DNA of 63,888 nucleotides, filler included, from Pirum gemmata (Eukaryota): NCBI GenBank assembly GCA_002812295.1. It is 19 parts of 19 records of this genome, joined end to end, with 100 filler letters (N's around TTAATTAATTAA, not from the genome) between each part and the next. Parts side by side here need not be neighbours in the genome. Positions count along the whole stretch, not along the records: positions 50,365 to 53,345 come from PDIN01003717.1; positions 53,446 to 56,465 come from PDIN01003718.1; positions 56,566 to 60,969 come from PDIN01003719.1; positions 61,070 to 63,888 come from PDIN01003751.1; 15 more parts are not named here. One strand, 5' to 3'. Shown piece by piece: positions 50,401 to 63,115 of this stretch (position 1 is its first letter; each line of letters starts with the position of its first letter). The notes under the pieces were generated by a model. It saw only the letters and a program-made list of their open reading frames with translations, ran no database searches and was not told where the DNA came from. The position numbers and the translations under genes were made by a program.

Positions 50401-51147
50401 AGATTAATTTTTTTATAATTATCATAATATTATTATTATAATATAAAATATCTAAAAAGAGTCTAAAAAGATAATAAAATTTGATAGTGTAAAATTCTTC
50501 TAAGTTATTATTCTTTTATTCTTTTGGTTTTAGCTTTTTGAAGGTTAGAAATGGATTAGGGTAACGATCTGCGACTGTCTTTTTGGGCTAGGGAAGGTAG
50601 GTCGGAACGAAGAAGAATCTGAATTGAGTCACTGGACAGCTTTTCTTTAAATGGAACTATTATAACTTAATATAGTATTTAAAATAATTTTAATGGTAAT
50701 TTTGTTTGATTCTTTTTTTTTCGAACTTTATATTTTACATAGTATTATTTATAGTATTACTGGTATTCGAAATTGTTATTGATAGATAATCAAAGCTGAT
50801 AAGAATTTTTTTCCCTTCTTTCGCGCATTTCCCTGTTTATATTCTTGGTTTTGGCGCATTTTCGCACCAATTACCTCCACAAACAGCTCCCAAACACTTC
50901 CCAAACCCTAATAACCAACTAGCTATGATAGGTAGTCTATACTGGTAAGTACTAATAACCCCTCAGACCTGATTTGGGTTAGGGTTAGGGTTATTAGGGC
51001 TATCGATATATAGTGTTAGTGTTATATAGGGCTAGGGTATTTACCAAACAACTTCTTTTGATAAATGGTAGCTATGTCTCTATCATTTATATTACTCCAA
51101 GATGATAATCTGAAACAAAAGTTACATAACCAGTAGAAGAGATTCCA

Positions 51148-51442
51148 ACAAGAATTTTCAAAGTATTGTGGTGTTTATATTCAGACCAGGTTGCACTTTG
51201 AAGTTCTCTTGACGATGGTGTGTTTATAAACAGTTCAGTAGCATCGATTATTAAAACTGTGGAAGGATATTTTTCTTTGAAGCACTTTAATATTAATAAT
51301 AATAATTATAATCATAATAACAAGAATTTTCAAAGCATTGTTGTCTTTATATTCAGACCAGGTTGCACTTTGAAGTTCTCTTGACGATGGTGTGTTTATA
51401 AAAAGTTCAGTAGCATCGATTATTAAAACTGTGGAAGGATAT
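51148..51442. repeat. ~122-bp direct duplication
   Basis: 51148-51269 is repeated at 51320-51442. A second direct duplication in this contig is 51857-51932 / 52077-52152. Confidence 0.88.
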
Positions 51443-52538
51443 TATATAATTATATATAAACGCTTTTAAGACAACTGGCATTCTTACGAGATGACAATTG
51501 CAAATTGGCATCAAGTAGTAGTCAAGCCCAAACTAGGGAACAAAGAAACAGAAATAGAAATATGTCATTTCGTTGGTTTAAACGTTCGATATACGTAAGT
51601 TTAACTCATTTTTACGGTAGATAACGAATCCTCCCAACTCGAAGTGTACTTATGCATCTGTTCTTTTCTAAGATTTTGTAACGCAAAATAAGTAGATTCA
51701 TTCGAACCTTGTGCCTGAGGATGGTAAGGGGACCCACCTGCCAATAGTATGCCTGCCAGTTCACGACTATAAAAAAAAGTAGGACGTTTTTAATTTTTTT
51801 GCACAATACAGAAAATAAGTCTGAACAACCACAACAATAGCAATTAACCGTTATTTGCTGGAACTCAAGGAAAAGCGGCTACAGTTGGCTGCTGACTTCT
51901 TTAATAAAAAAGAATCAGGGTCAAGGCCGTCAGCTCTTACCACCCCCATAAAAAAGAAATTTTTAAGACAATCTCAGGGTTAGGGTTAGGGTTATGGTTA
52001 GGGTTAGGGTTAGAGTCCCTTTGCCACTGTAACGGAGAAATCTACACCGCCAAGCTCTAAAACGTGATTACAGATCGCTGGAACTCAAGGAAAAGCGGCT
52101 ACAGTTGGCTGCTGACTTCTTTAATAAAAAAGAATCAGGGTCAAGGCCGTCAGAAAAAGAGTGATTTTTTACTATATATATATAGCAAAAATCCGGCAAA
52201 AAAGTGGTTATTTTCGAATAACCACTTTTTTGCTATATATATATTAATATATATATATATATTTGTTTGTTTGTTAGTTTAATAATGTTGTTATAATAGA
52301 TTATATTATATTTTTAAACTGTTATGTGAGTAATTTAATGTTTTTTTAAAGATGTTTTTGTTGTTTTATTTGTTAATTTAATGTTTTTTTAAAGATGTAA
52401 TAATGGTCAAAATAACAAAATGCATATTTGTAAAACTTTTTAAAAAAAATAAAAAAATAAAATAAAAAGAAATAAAAAAAATTATAAAAAAAAAAAATAA
52501 AAAAAAAATGCATATTATTCAGATAAAAATTAAACAAT

Positions 52539-52994
52539 ATGAATAACAATAACGAAAACACTAACCAAAACGTGGCTATTGAAAGAAGTTACTTACCTGT
52601 TTCAGAAATGGCTCCTGAACTGGAAAAATCGTTCACAGATAAAATTGACAAACTTTTGCCATGCCAACACAAATGGTATAAAGATATAACTATCACGCAA
52701 ACGGATGGGGAAGTTGCCATAAGAACGGAGGGAAAAATAGTAAAACCCAACATTGACGATCTAACTAAAAGAAATGTCAAAATGCCAGTTAGATGGCAAT
52801 ATGAATCTAATGATATATTAAATTTTGATACAGAAAGATGGAAAAAACTAAACATCAATGCATCAAATAAAGTTTATGTTTTGCCGATATTAAACATTGG
52901 ATGTGCTTTAACAGACGAAATATGCATTTATGCATTAAAAAAGACTTTAAAAAAAGTCTCACCAACAAGCATCAGCAGAACTACTAAAAGATGA
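52539..52994 (+). CDS. Hypothetical protein (151 aa), possibly a frameshifted longer gene
   Basis: ATG-initiated, coding-like composition. The +1 frame continues SHQQASAELLKDDTLIQTLIRNFP after the A-runs at ~52937-52955. The 3' part lies in an inverted repeat. Confidence 0.5.
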   Translation: MNNNNENTNQNVAIERSYLPVSEMAPELEKSFTDKIDKLLPCQHKWYKDITITQTDGEVAIRTEGKIVKPNIDDLTKRNVKMPVRWQYESNDILNFDTERWKKLNINASNKVYVLPILNIGCALTDEICIYALKKTLKKVSPTSISRTTKR

Positions 52995-53228
52995 TACATT
53001 GATTCAAACGTTAATAAGAAATTTTCCTAACTCTGTAATTCCAGCATACGCATTAATTATATTAATAGCTGATTTACTGAAAGTAACAGAAAAGGAAAAT
53101 TTCTTATTAACGTTTGAATCAATGTATCATCTCGCAGTAGTTCTGCTGATGCTTGTTGATGAGACTTTTTTTAAAGTCTTTTTTAATGCATAAATGCATA
53201 TTTCGTCTGTTTTAAAGCACATCCAATG
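52895..53228. repeat. Inverted repeat with ~135-bp arms and a 64-nt spacer
   Basis: 52895-53028 is the reverse complement of 53093-53228 with few mismatches. Confidence 0.92.
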
Positions 53229-53909
53229 CATAAATTTATAATAATAATAATTAAGATGGTTAATTATTGTTTGTATAATTAAGTTGTTTTATATTTTCAT
53301 TTTTTATTATGATGATATTGATTTTAATAATTGATAAAAAATGTANNNNNNNNNNNNNNNNNNNNNNNNNNNNNNNNNNNNNNNNNNNNTTAATTAATTA
53401 ANNNNNNNNNNNNNNNNNNNNNNNNNNNNNNNNNNNNNNNNNNNNTATTAATTATTATTACTATTAATATTAATATTAAAATATTACTATTACTATTACA
53501 ATTACAATTACAATTACTATTACTATTACTATTACTATTACTATTACTATTACTATTACTATTAACTATTACTATTAACTATTACTATTAAAACTATTAC
53601 TATTACTATTACTATTAACTATTACTATTACTAATATTACTATTACTATTACTATTACTATTACTATTACTATTATTGTTACTTTTAGTAGAATTACTAT
53701 ATCCATAATCCTGATCCCAATCCTAATTTTAATAGTTTCTAATCCCAATCCTAATAAATTTACCCTAACCCCAACCTTAAAAATTCATCATAGTAATTAA
53801 GAAGTAAGCATAATAATATATTATTGTATGATGCTTGAATAAAATTCGATATTATTTATTTTTAACTATAATTAATTATCAATAATTATAATAAATATAT
53901 ATACATATA

Positions 53910-56006
53910 TTACTTAGCGGTAATCATCTGATGAACAGTATTTCCTGCTCTCACTAAGCTGATTTCTATAGAACTATTTCGGACATAACTATCAACTGGG
54001 TTGAAGTATTTTTTACCAACCAAAGCACTACCCATTTTTGCTAAATAACCAAAACCTTTCAATTTTCGAACTAAAGAAGACTTTATCTTCTTACCCCCAC
54101 ACTGATATACAATAACTTTAGCGTTATTAACTTTTCCAGTAAACACTTGTACTTTGTTAGAATCAACAGAAACTAAACTTTTTTCCTTTATCCCAGTAGA
54201 ATTGTAGTAGTTAATAAACAATTGCTTACCAGCATCACATTGAAACTGTTCTATATTATTATTATCATTGTTATTACCTAAAACTTTATCATGTATACGA
54301 ATCAAAGGTTGCTTGGCCTTTTGGAATATCAATTTCCGCGCGTTGTTCACCATCTCTACCTTAGCACCAAGAGACGCCAAAGACTTAATCTTTTTTGTGC
54401 TCTCATAGTTTTTTGCGTTCTGAATATTGATTTGTTTTTCCAATTCATAATCTTCTTTCATTGTACTGGCAAAAGTATCCACGGACCCTAGAATCCCTTT
54501 TCGTATATTTTGAGCTGCACCAACAGCTTTATCAAAATTGTGTTTGGCTAATTTTTTTATAAGGTTTTCGGAAATATAATACAAACCATTCAACATTTGC
54601 ACAGCCTTTTTACCTTTCCATATATCAATATGAAATAAATTTTTTAACCCGTAGGCTTCTTCTAATATTGCAATATTGGCATCGCTTAAGCCAAACTTTC
54701 GAAGGGAAGCTTTTAACACACTAAAAAGTATTCCTTTTGGAAAAAAATCATTTCGAACCTCTTCCCAAAGTTTACCTTCCACAGACTTTTGTGAATAACG
54801 TTGTATGTCGTCGTAAACTTTATGGGTTTTTTTTTTAGCTTCTTCAATTTTTGAATGCAATGTTAATTCGTTCTCAAACACCTGGTTGAAGCATTCCACA
54901 GTAAAATCAAAACCAAGTGCACTCCAACTTTCGTAATTAGGAGAAATTTCAACAATTTCTATTGATTTCATCATTTTAATAGGGTATGTTTTTTCGTTTT
55001 TAGCCTTTATACGTGGTAGTTCGGGATTAAGATACTCTTGACCGATATCAGCGATAGTGAAATACAAATCTTTAGTACATTCGTACATTTGGCCAGTAGC
55101 CTTCAAAGGATAATATATGGTAGATTCGTCTTTCTTCTTGTTTTCCTTATGTTGTTCATTTAACTTTGCAATATTTTTATTTTTTCTTTCAATATGTTTG
55201 TTTAGTTTCTCGATTATTCCCCTACGATGTCCATCCACTACCTGAAACAAACCACTTCCCTTTGGGATAATATTTTTAAGGAAAAAATCATTGACAGATA
55301 TTGCGGTTTCAGGGACTATCTGCTCTAAATGATTTTTAAAGAATTGATGTTGTTCATACACGTGCAAACCAGCATTAACAATAACTGCTTTGGCCCCTAT
55401 TTTCACAGAATCTTTTACAAATTTACCAAAGGTATAAGATGAAATTTCTTCAAAAGTAAAAACATTATTTCCTTCATAAACTAGTGTGTGCTTATTGTTA
55501 ATGTTTTTTTCATTTAATAATTTAACAAAGCCCTCTGGTGCCAGCTGAAATTGTAGTATAGTCTGCATTAACTGTTTTTTTTTTCCCTCGGTAAGAATAA
55601 CTGAACGAGCTAAATCAAAAATTTCAGATAAAAACTTAGATTTAGACTCTGACAAAAGCAGTAGATTATAAGTATCATAACCATTTGAATTATGTTCATT
55701 AACTAACCAGTGTACACGAAATTTATCATAAACAATGTGAACGTTTAACAATAATTCTGTATTGTTAAATTCATAGTTATTCTCCTTCAAATTGAATTGG
55801 TTGGTTTGGGTGCCACATTTCCAAGGAATCGTTTGATTGTTAATAGGTTTTACTTTGTAAATAGTTTGTTTAAAATTTCGGTAATGGATTATGTTCCAGT
55901 TTCGGCCATCATAAACTTCCAAAGATTCATTATTACCACAATAACTAAAGCCATTAGCAGTAATTATGTTCAAAATAGTTGATATTAAAACTATTGAAAT
56001 TAACAT
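53910..56006 (-). CDS. Secreted protein of unknown function (698 aa), intronless
   Basis: 2.1-kb uninterrupted ORF in AT-rich DNA with signal peptide MLISIVLISTILNIITANG. No family recognised. Confidence 0.85.
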   Translation of the reverse strand: MLISIVLISTILNIITANGFSYCGNNESLEVYDGRNWNIIHYRNFKQTIYKVKPINNQTIPWKCGTQTNQFNLKENNYEFNNTELLLNVHIVYDKFRVHWLVNEHNSNGYDTYNLLLLSESKSKFLSEIFDLARSVILTEGKKKQLMQTILQFQLAPEGFVKLLNEKNINNKHTLVYEGNNVFTFEEISSYTFGKFVKDSVKIGAKAVIVNAGLHVYEQHQFFKNHLEQIVPETAISVNDFFLKNIIPKGSGLFQVVDGHRRGIIEKLNKHIERKNKNIAKLNEQHKENKKKDESTIYYPLKATGQMYECTKDLYFTIADIGQEYLNPELPRIKAKNEKTYPIKMMKSIEIVEISPNYESWSALGFDFTVECFNQVFENELTLHSKIEEAKKKTHKVYDDIQRYSQKSVEGKLWEEVRNDFFPKGILFSVLKASLRKFGLSDANIAILEEAYGLKNLFHIDIWKGKKAVQMLNGLYYISENLIKKLAKHNFDKAVGAAQNIRKGILGSVDTFASTMKEDYELEKQINIQNAKNYESTKKIKSLASLGAKVEMVNNARKLIFQKAKQPLIRIHDKVLGNNNDNNNIEQFQCDAGKQLFINYYNSTGIKEKSLVSVDSNKVQVFTGKVNNAKVIVYQCGGKKIKSSLVRKLKGFGYLAKMGSALVGKKYFNPVDSYVRNSSIEISLVRAGNTVHQMITAK

Positions 56007-58860
56007 TTTTATTTCAGAAATAATATATTATTCTACAATACACAATATATTCAGTTGATATATTATATATTATATTATACATTACAATAATTATATATTA
56101 TGTATTATCGTATAAATAAATGAATTATATACAATATTCAAGTTTCTTGCTTTTTATTATTATTATTATTATTTTATTTTTTTTTTATTATTTTTTTTTT
56201 ATTTATTACATATTTCAATTTGCATCAAAAGAGATGTAATACACTTGTAATACTGTGTCCAATAGATGTCATTCGTAGAAGTATCTACCAGTAAAAAATC
56301 TGAAGATGGAAAATCTGAATCTAGAAGGGTATTTTTGTCAACTAATACATCTAGATTGGCATTTCAAGCTCTTTAATCAACATCTGGATACATTTTTTTT
56401 TTAAAGCAAAATAATGGATCATAAGGAATATCGATTCAAACGATGGTTTTAAAGTCTAAAAATACNNNNNNNNNNNNNNNNNNNNNNNNNNNNNNNNNNN
56501 NNNNNNNNNTTAATTAATTAANNNNNNNNNNNNNNNNNNNNNNNNNNNNNNNNNNNNNNNNNNNNTTATTTTGAGACTTAAAATCATTAATAAAATATTA
56601 AGATTACAAAGTTTGAAACAAAACTTTAACGTACTTGTTATTCATCAACACAATATTCATAAATATGTCAGTAACTTAATTAGTCTTGTTCTTTAAGTAA
56701 TAATAGCAATTATAACTTTTTTACTAATATTACGATACTTTTCTTGAAAAGATAAAGTTTGATTATTAAATAATTCCGAAGAATAAAAATGTGGATGATT
56801 TGATAATTCTAAAAAGATTTTAGGATACCGACTTACGATCATTGTTTATCATAATGGGAATTATTTCATCTAGAACGTTATACCGAAACAATTCTTTATT
56901 GTGAGTTTTATCAACAATCATTAATGGTTAAATATTATTCATATCATAATATGTATTATAGCTTTGTAATTATATATAGTGGTGGTACGTTGGGGTTAGG
57001 GTAGTCTAAAAAACGTTCTGCCACGGATATATATATTTGTATAATAACTTATAATACATCATAATGATTTATTATTGACTATAGTTATATATGTATTATA
57101 TATTATACCATACATAGAAAAAAGCTGAAAAAAAGTCGATTTATTTCGTTTTTATTTATTAATAAAATATTCAACCAAAATAATATTGGTAACAACAATA
57201 TATAAAAAAGTAGTTTCAGGTTACTTCAATAACGGTCTAAAGTTCAAGGGAGGCTGGGAGGATTAGTAACGATGACGGTGACGACACGTTTTTGACAAAT
57301 GAAAGGGCTTCATTTTTTTTTTTTTCCCCTTCATATCCTCTGAAGAGTCTGAAGGGCTGGCTGTTTTTTTACCCAGGTTTTTTACCATGTTTATGGAAGT
57401 TTACCCTAATATGGATGGACTGTTTTATCTAACCCTAACCCTAACCCTAACTTTCTCTCAGGATTTCTCTCACCTACAACCTGACGTATGACATATATAG
57501 TGATATATAGACCATATAAGTCTAGAAGTCTAGCTAGTTAGCTAGTTAGATCTCCATTCTATTGGTTTAATGGATGCCATGTTGTATTGACTTATTGGCT
57601 TCTATTTTTTTTATTGCCCCCAATAAAATTACGTAAAATTTGGTTTTTGTAACATTCTTAGTTATTCTATACTGTGGTAGGTTATATATCATTATACATT
57701 TATCCCCGTATATAGAGTTTTTTAAAAGAGATCTTTTCTATAAAATTATGATCACCAATCCCTACTCTTCCTTTTTTCACTGATTTATAAATCATAACAT
57801 CTATGATATCATACAGCGCTTGTCATTTATTTTGTCACTCCGAATATTTATTTGGTTGGTTATAATTTTTTAATTGCTATTGTTAAATGAATAAATGGAT
57901 AATAAAATATACCAAATTAAATGAAATGGATTTATATTGTATTAATTNNNNNNATAATAATTATTTTTGTTATAATAATATTATATTATAAATTATAATA
58001 AATTTATAAAAAATTTTTTTTAAAAAAAAATTTAATAAAAACCTTTTCCATGAATGATCCAGACTCCAGTGAATGGTCAGGTCTTTTGACTTTCCCTGTT
58101 GACTTTCCTCACACCGATCGATGATTAGACTAGACTATTAATAAATTTTCCTTATCTTTTGACCTGCTAGACTAACTAGCTAGTAGCTAACAGGACCAGC
58201 TAGACTGGACTTAGCCAGCTATTAGCTAGCTAGCTACTCTAGTAGGGTAGGAAGGGATGGTAGCATGGCAGATAGACCTCTCTAGCTAGCTAAGGACCAG
58301 GGCTGAGGGAAGTCTGACTCTGAGGGAACAGGTAACTTGACCTGGCTAGGCCAGGCTAGCTACTAGCTAGTAGAGAACTTGACCGAATATTGACCAATGA
58401 AAAGGGCAAATGTTGTTTCGTATTTATGTGAACTTTTTTTTTTTTTTTTTTTTTTGTATCATAGTCTAGACTCTACAGTCTAATGAGTCATGACCCATAG
58501 AGCCGTATTAGATAATACACATAATTTTAAATAATAATATGTTACTGATATGACATTGTATATATTATGATATGTTTTGGTATAATAATACACATGATTA
58601 TGTTACTGATATGTATATTATCGATAAATTATATTGCGATATATTATATTTTGATATAATATAATATATCAATACATTATTATACAAGAATGATATATAA
58701 TTATATACAGTTTTAAGAATTAATAAAAGTACAAATAAATAATAATAAATCAACAAAACTGCTATCGGATCCGATAGTTACATACGTAACGTAGTAAAGT
58801 GCTACAGTACTATCAGCTGATAGTGTGTACGTTGTTGTATATCTGCACACACACACGCAT

Positions 58861-58913
<53 letters not shown>

Positions 58914-59252
58914 ACACGCATGCATATGTGTTGTAGAAAAACAAAACTTAATACCAATTAATACACTAGTATAAAATTTAATCTGGGTCAATATAATAAT
59001 ATAAAATTACAGCGCTCAAATTAAACTAGTTAATATAATACACCACTACTTATTATAAAATTCTCGTCATAGATTATACATATATATACCTTTCAGTACT
59101 TATTTGAGACTTATAAATGACCAAACAACATAACAAATAATTTTTAATATTAAATTAAACATATCAAAAGAATGTAAGTAATCGAATTATTTAGAGAAAT
59201 ATGTAAAATAATATTAATTATAAGTTACCAGCTTATATTATCTATAAACAAA

Positions 59253-59303
<51 letters not shown>

Positions 59304-59830
59304 TTGTTTAAAGAAAAGTTTATTTATTTTTATTTTATTTTTATTTTTATTTTTTATTTTTTATTTATTTTTATAATCATATTATTAATTAAAAGTCAAT
59401 TATATAATACATATAAATATACATATACAAAAAATAAAATTGATAATTTAATTGATTCAGCATTAATTATTTATAAAGCGTATTTGAAGAAATTGAATGA
59501 ACAAGAATTTTTAAATGAAACGGACATGTACAAATTCACTGACGAAGACATATTGCAAAAAAAGAAAAAGAATGAAGAAACTACAGAATTTAATTCGAGA
59601 AAAAGAATTTAATAAGCGAAGTAAAGAAAAAAAAGAATATTTAAGTACGGAGTTATATATATTTATATATATAAACACACTACACTTGTAAATATTAGTA
59701 ATTATTTTAAATTTATTAGATAATATGTATGATAATATTATATATAGACACTTTTTGCGCATATATATTATATCATAATATATATATTGGTATAATTAAT
59801 TATAATAATATTGTATTATTTTAATTATCG

Positions 59831-60969
59831 CTAGCTAAGGTTTTGCAACATGTTAAATATATCTTTTACAAATTTATCGTCATTCATAACTCCAACGATA
59901 TCGTCATACCCATCGAATAAATTTTCAACAAGAAGGTTTTTTGCACTGCAATATTCTTCTTCAAATTCGGGCGGTGGACAATTTGGTAAGGGTGGGGGTG
60001 TAGGTAAATAATCAATAAAATCAGCAGAACTTGCAGACATTCGAGATACAAGAGCGTAATACAAATGTATTATTTCATTATGACTGTATAGACTTTTATC
60101 TTCATGTTCATCGATATTACTAGCTGTTTTGTCATCGACGACATCTATTATATTTGCATAATCATCATCATTCCTTTTACTATAATTATTTTCATTATCA
60201 TTGTTGTGATTATTATCATTATCATTGTTGTCATGCCTGTTATCAGGTGCATCAAAATCATCATAATCACCACTAAAATCCTCACCACTGTATTCATCTG
60301 TGATATCATTGACTAGGTCATCACTATTAGATTCTGTATGATTATGATTAATATCATAATTAACCTTGTGCCTTCTTTTATTTTCTTTTAGAGCTGATTC
60401 TATTATTCTTCGTACCGTATTATATTTGTTTTCATCGGCAATGAAATTCCCATCATTGTATTCATTATTCCCTACTTGGTTGTCATCACTATCAGTATGA
60501 TAAGTATTATAACAAACCTTGCTCTTTCTTTTATTTTCTTTTAGAGCGGATTCTATTATTCTTCGTATCGTATTATATTTATTTTCATTATTACAAAATG
60601 TTTGCTGGCTTTGACCATTAATATTAGCATTGATACCAATACTGTTACTATTATCATGATTTTTTAAGGATACTGTTGATGAAGATACTACCCTAGCATG
60701 CTGACACTCTGGTGCAATGAGTGAATTGACGTTGTGGTCACGAGTTTCAGTAGAAGTTAACGTTGTTCGTTTTCTTACAGTAACCTTATTAACTTCATCA
60801 GTTTTTAATGATGGTTCACTATTAGTTCGTAAGAATGTTCTATTAGGTACTGGAAGCGGAATATTTGGTACTGATCTATCTGTGTTATTAACGTTAACAT
60901 TTTTAGTATTCTTAGTTGTTCCAATACGGTTATTATTACTATTACTATTACTATTATTACTATTATTAT
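59831..60969 (-). CDS. 5'-truncated Asn/Asp-rich disordered protein (~379 codons visible)
   Basis: Codon-by-codon reading shows the frame of track ORF 59831-60064 stays open to the contig edge at 60969. It contains a duplicated ENKYNT(I/V)RRIIESALKENKR segment and PTPPPLP near the C-terminus. Confidence 0.8.
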
Positions 60970-61781
60970 NNNNNNNNNNNNNNNNNNNNNNNNNNNNNNN
61001 NNNNNNNNNNNNNTTAATTAATTAANNNNNNNNNNNNNNNNNNNNNNNNNNNNNNNNNNNNNNNNNNNNTAATAATATTAATAATATTAAATTAATAATA
61101 ATAATAACGATGACAATAACGTTAACAATAACAACAATAAATTTTTAAAGAAGCTATTAATAGCAATACAATATATATTATAACAATAACAATATTTTAA
61201 TAATAATAACAATAATTAATTATTAACGATAACAATAACAATATACAACAATAACAATAACAATAACAATAGCAATAGCAATAACAATAACAATAACAAG
61301 AACAATAACATGTACAATAACGTTAACAATAACAATAACAATAACTTTAACAATAACAATAACAATAACAATATTAATTAAAGATGTTTTTAACAATAAC
61401 AATAACAATACAGAGAACAAGAACAATAACAATATTAATATGATAACAATAAGTAACAATACCAATTAATAACAATAACAATAACAATAACAATAGCAAT
61501 AACAATATTATAACATACTATCAGTTATACTATCGATACAATAACAATAACAATAACGCTTACATACTACAATAACACTAACAATAGTCTAACAATACAA
61601 TTCGTGCAAACTGCATCATTCCTGAATAAGACTAGCCGATTCCCAGGATTTATTTATCTATTTATTCATAATATAATGAATAATTTCAAATATTCAATTG
61701 GCTATTTTCCGATTTTTGTATTAGATTTTTGTATTATGTAGACCTTTTTTTAGCTTTTTTTTTTTTTTTTTTTGGTTTTTG

Positions 61782-61812
<31 letters not shown>

Positions 61813-62989
61813 TTTTTTTTTTTTTTTTTTTTTTTTAGGTTTTTGGTTTTGCATTTTTTTTTTCATCATTATAAATTTTTACCTCAGGTAATTTTGTCTA
61901 GCCAATAGACAAGGGGGGTCTACTATCTAGCCTAGCTAGGCCTCTAGCTAGCTACAATAAATAGTACCAAATTAGTACAATATAAATCCTTTTTATTTAA
62001 TTTGGTATATTTTATTATATATTTATTTAGTTAAAAGTATCAATTTAAATATTATAAACAGCCAAATAAATATTCGGAGTGACAAAATAAACGAAAAGCA
62101 CAATAAGATTGTAGACTAGGTTAGTTGTATGCCTGCTAGCTAGACCGGGTCTACGACTCAACTACTCCTAGAGTAGAGCTAGTAGGCAACCCTAACCAGG
62201 CTCCCTAACCTTGTAAACATGTACTGTATTTTAAAAAACATTCTTGAGAAAGCATGAGACTTTAATTTAGAAGTTTACTATCATAATATTATTATCGTAA
62301 ACGTAGGTCTCATGCTACAGATTTATTTATTGTCTATTTTCCTCTCCATCTTTAATTTAGTACTGTTTAAGTGTATAATTGAAGTTGTTTATAAAATACA
62401 ACAATAAGTATAAAATACCAAATTAATTAAAACATGCATATGTGTTCTATAATAATAATTTAGTACTTATAAATTTATTTCGGTTTTTATACGACACAAC
62501 CCACATCTGGTTCCTTTTATTTAGTATCTAAATACTTGGGAGTCCATGCTTTATGATAGCTAGGTATTGTCGTGCTTTTCATTAATTTTGTTACTCTAAA
62601 TATTTATTTGGAGGGTTATAATCTTTAAATTGACATTTTTAAATCAATACATAGATAATAAAATATACCAAATTTAAAATATATTTTATGATGACAAAAC
62701 AACTGGAAAGCACTATTTATTTTATTTGTAGGTCAGAGTCCTTGCACTATTTCAAAAAAGTAAATCATTTTCTCACTGTTGCATGCATATGGTTCACCAC
62801 TATCTACAGCACAGTAACACAGATAAAATTTTCTGTATCTTAAAAATTTCTAGCTTTATAGTTAGTAGTACGCATATTGATATTTAATATATTTTTTATC
62901 ATATTTCTTAATAGTGACTTGATAAAAAACAAAATAAAGTCACTATGTCATATGAATACCAGCTGGTATAATAGACAGTATAGACTACC

Positions 62990-63115
<126 letters not shown>

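Noticed and set aside
59304..59612. 102-aa ORF with a charged C-terminal half
   Set aside because: The N-terminal half is low-complexity T-rich sequence. It may be a terminal exon or relic, but there is not enough support.
2997..61069. Regularly spaced TTAATTAATTAA motif and ~3-kb periodicity
   Set aside because: It is an assembly linker between length-sorted contigs, not biology. Cross-contig gene clusters were therefore not inferred.
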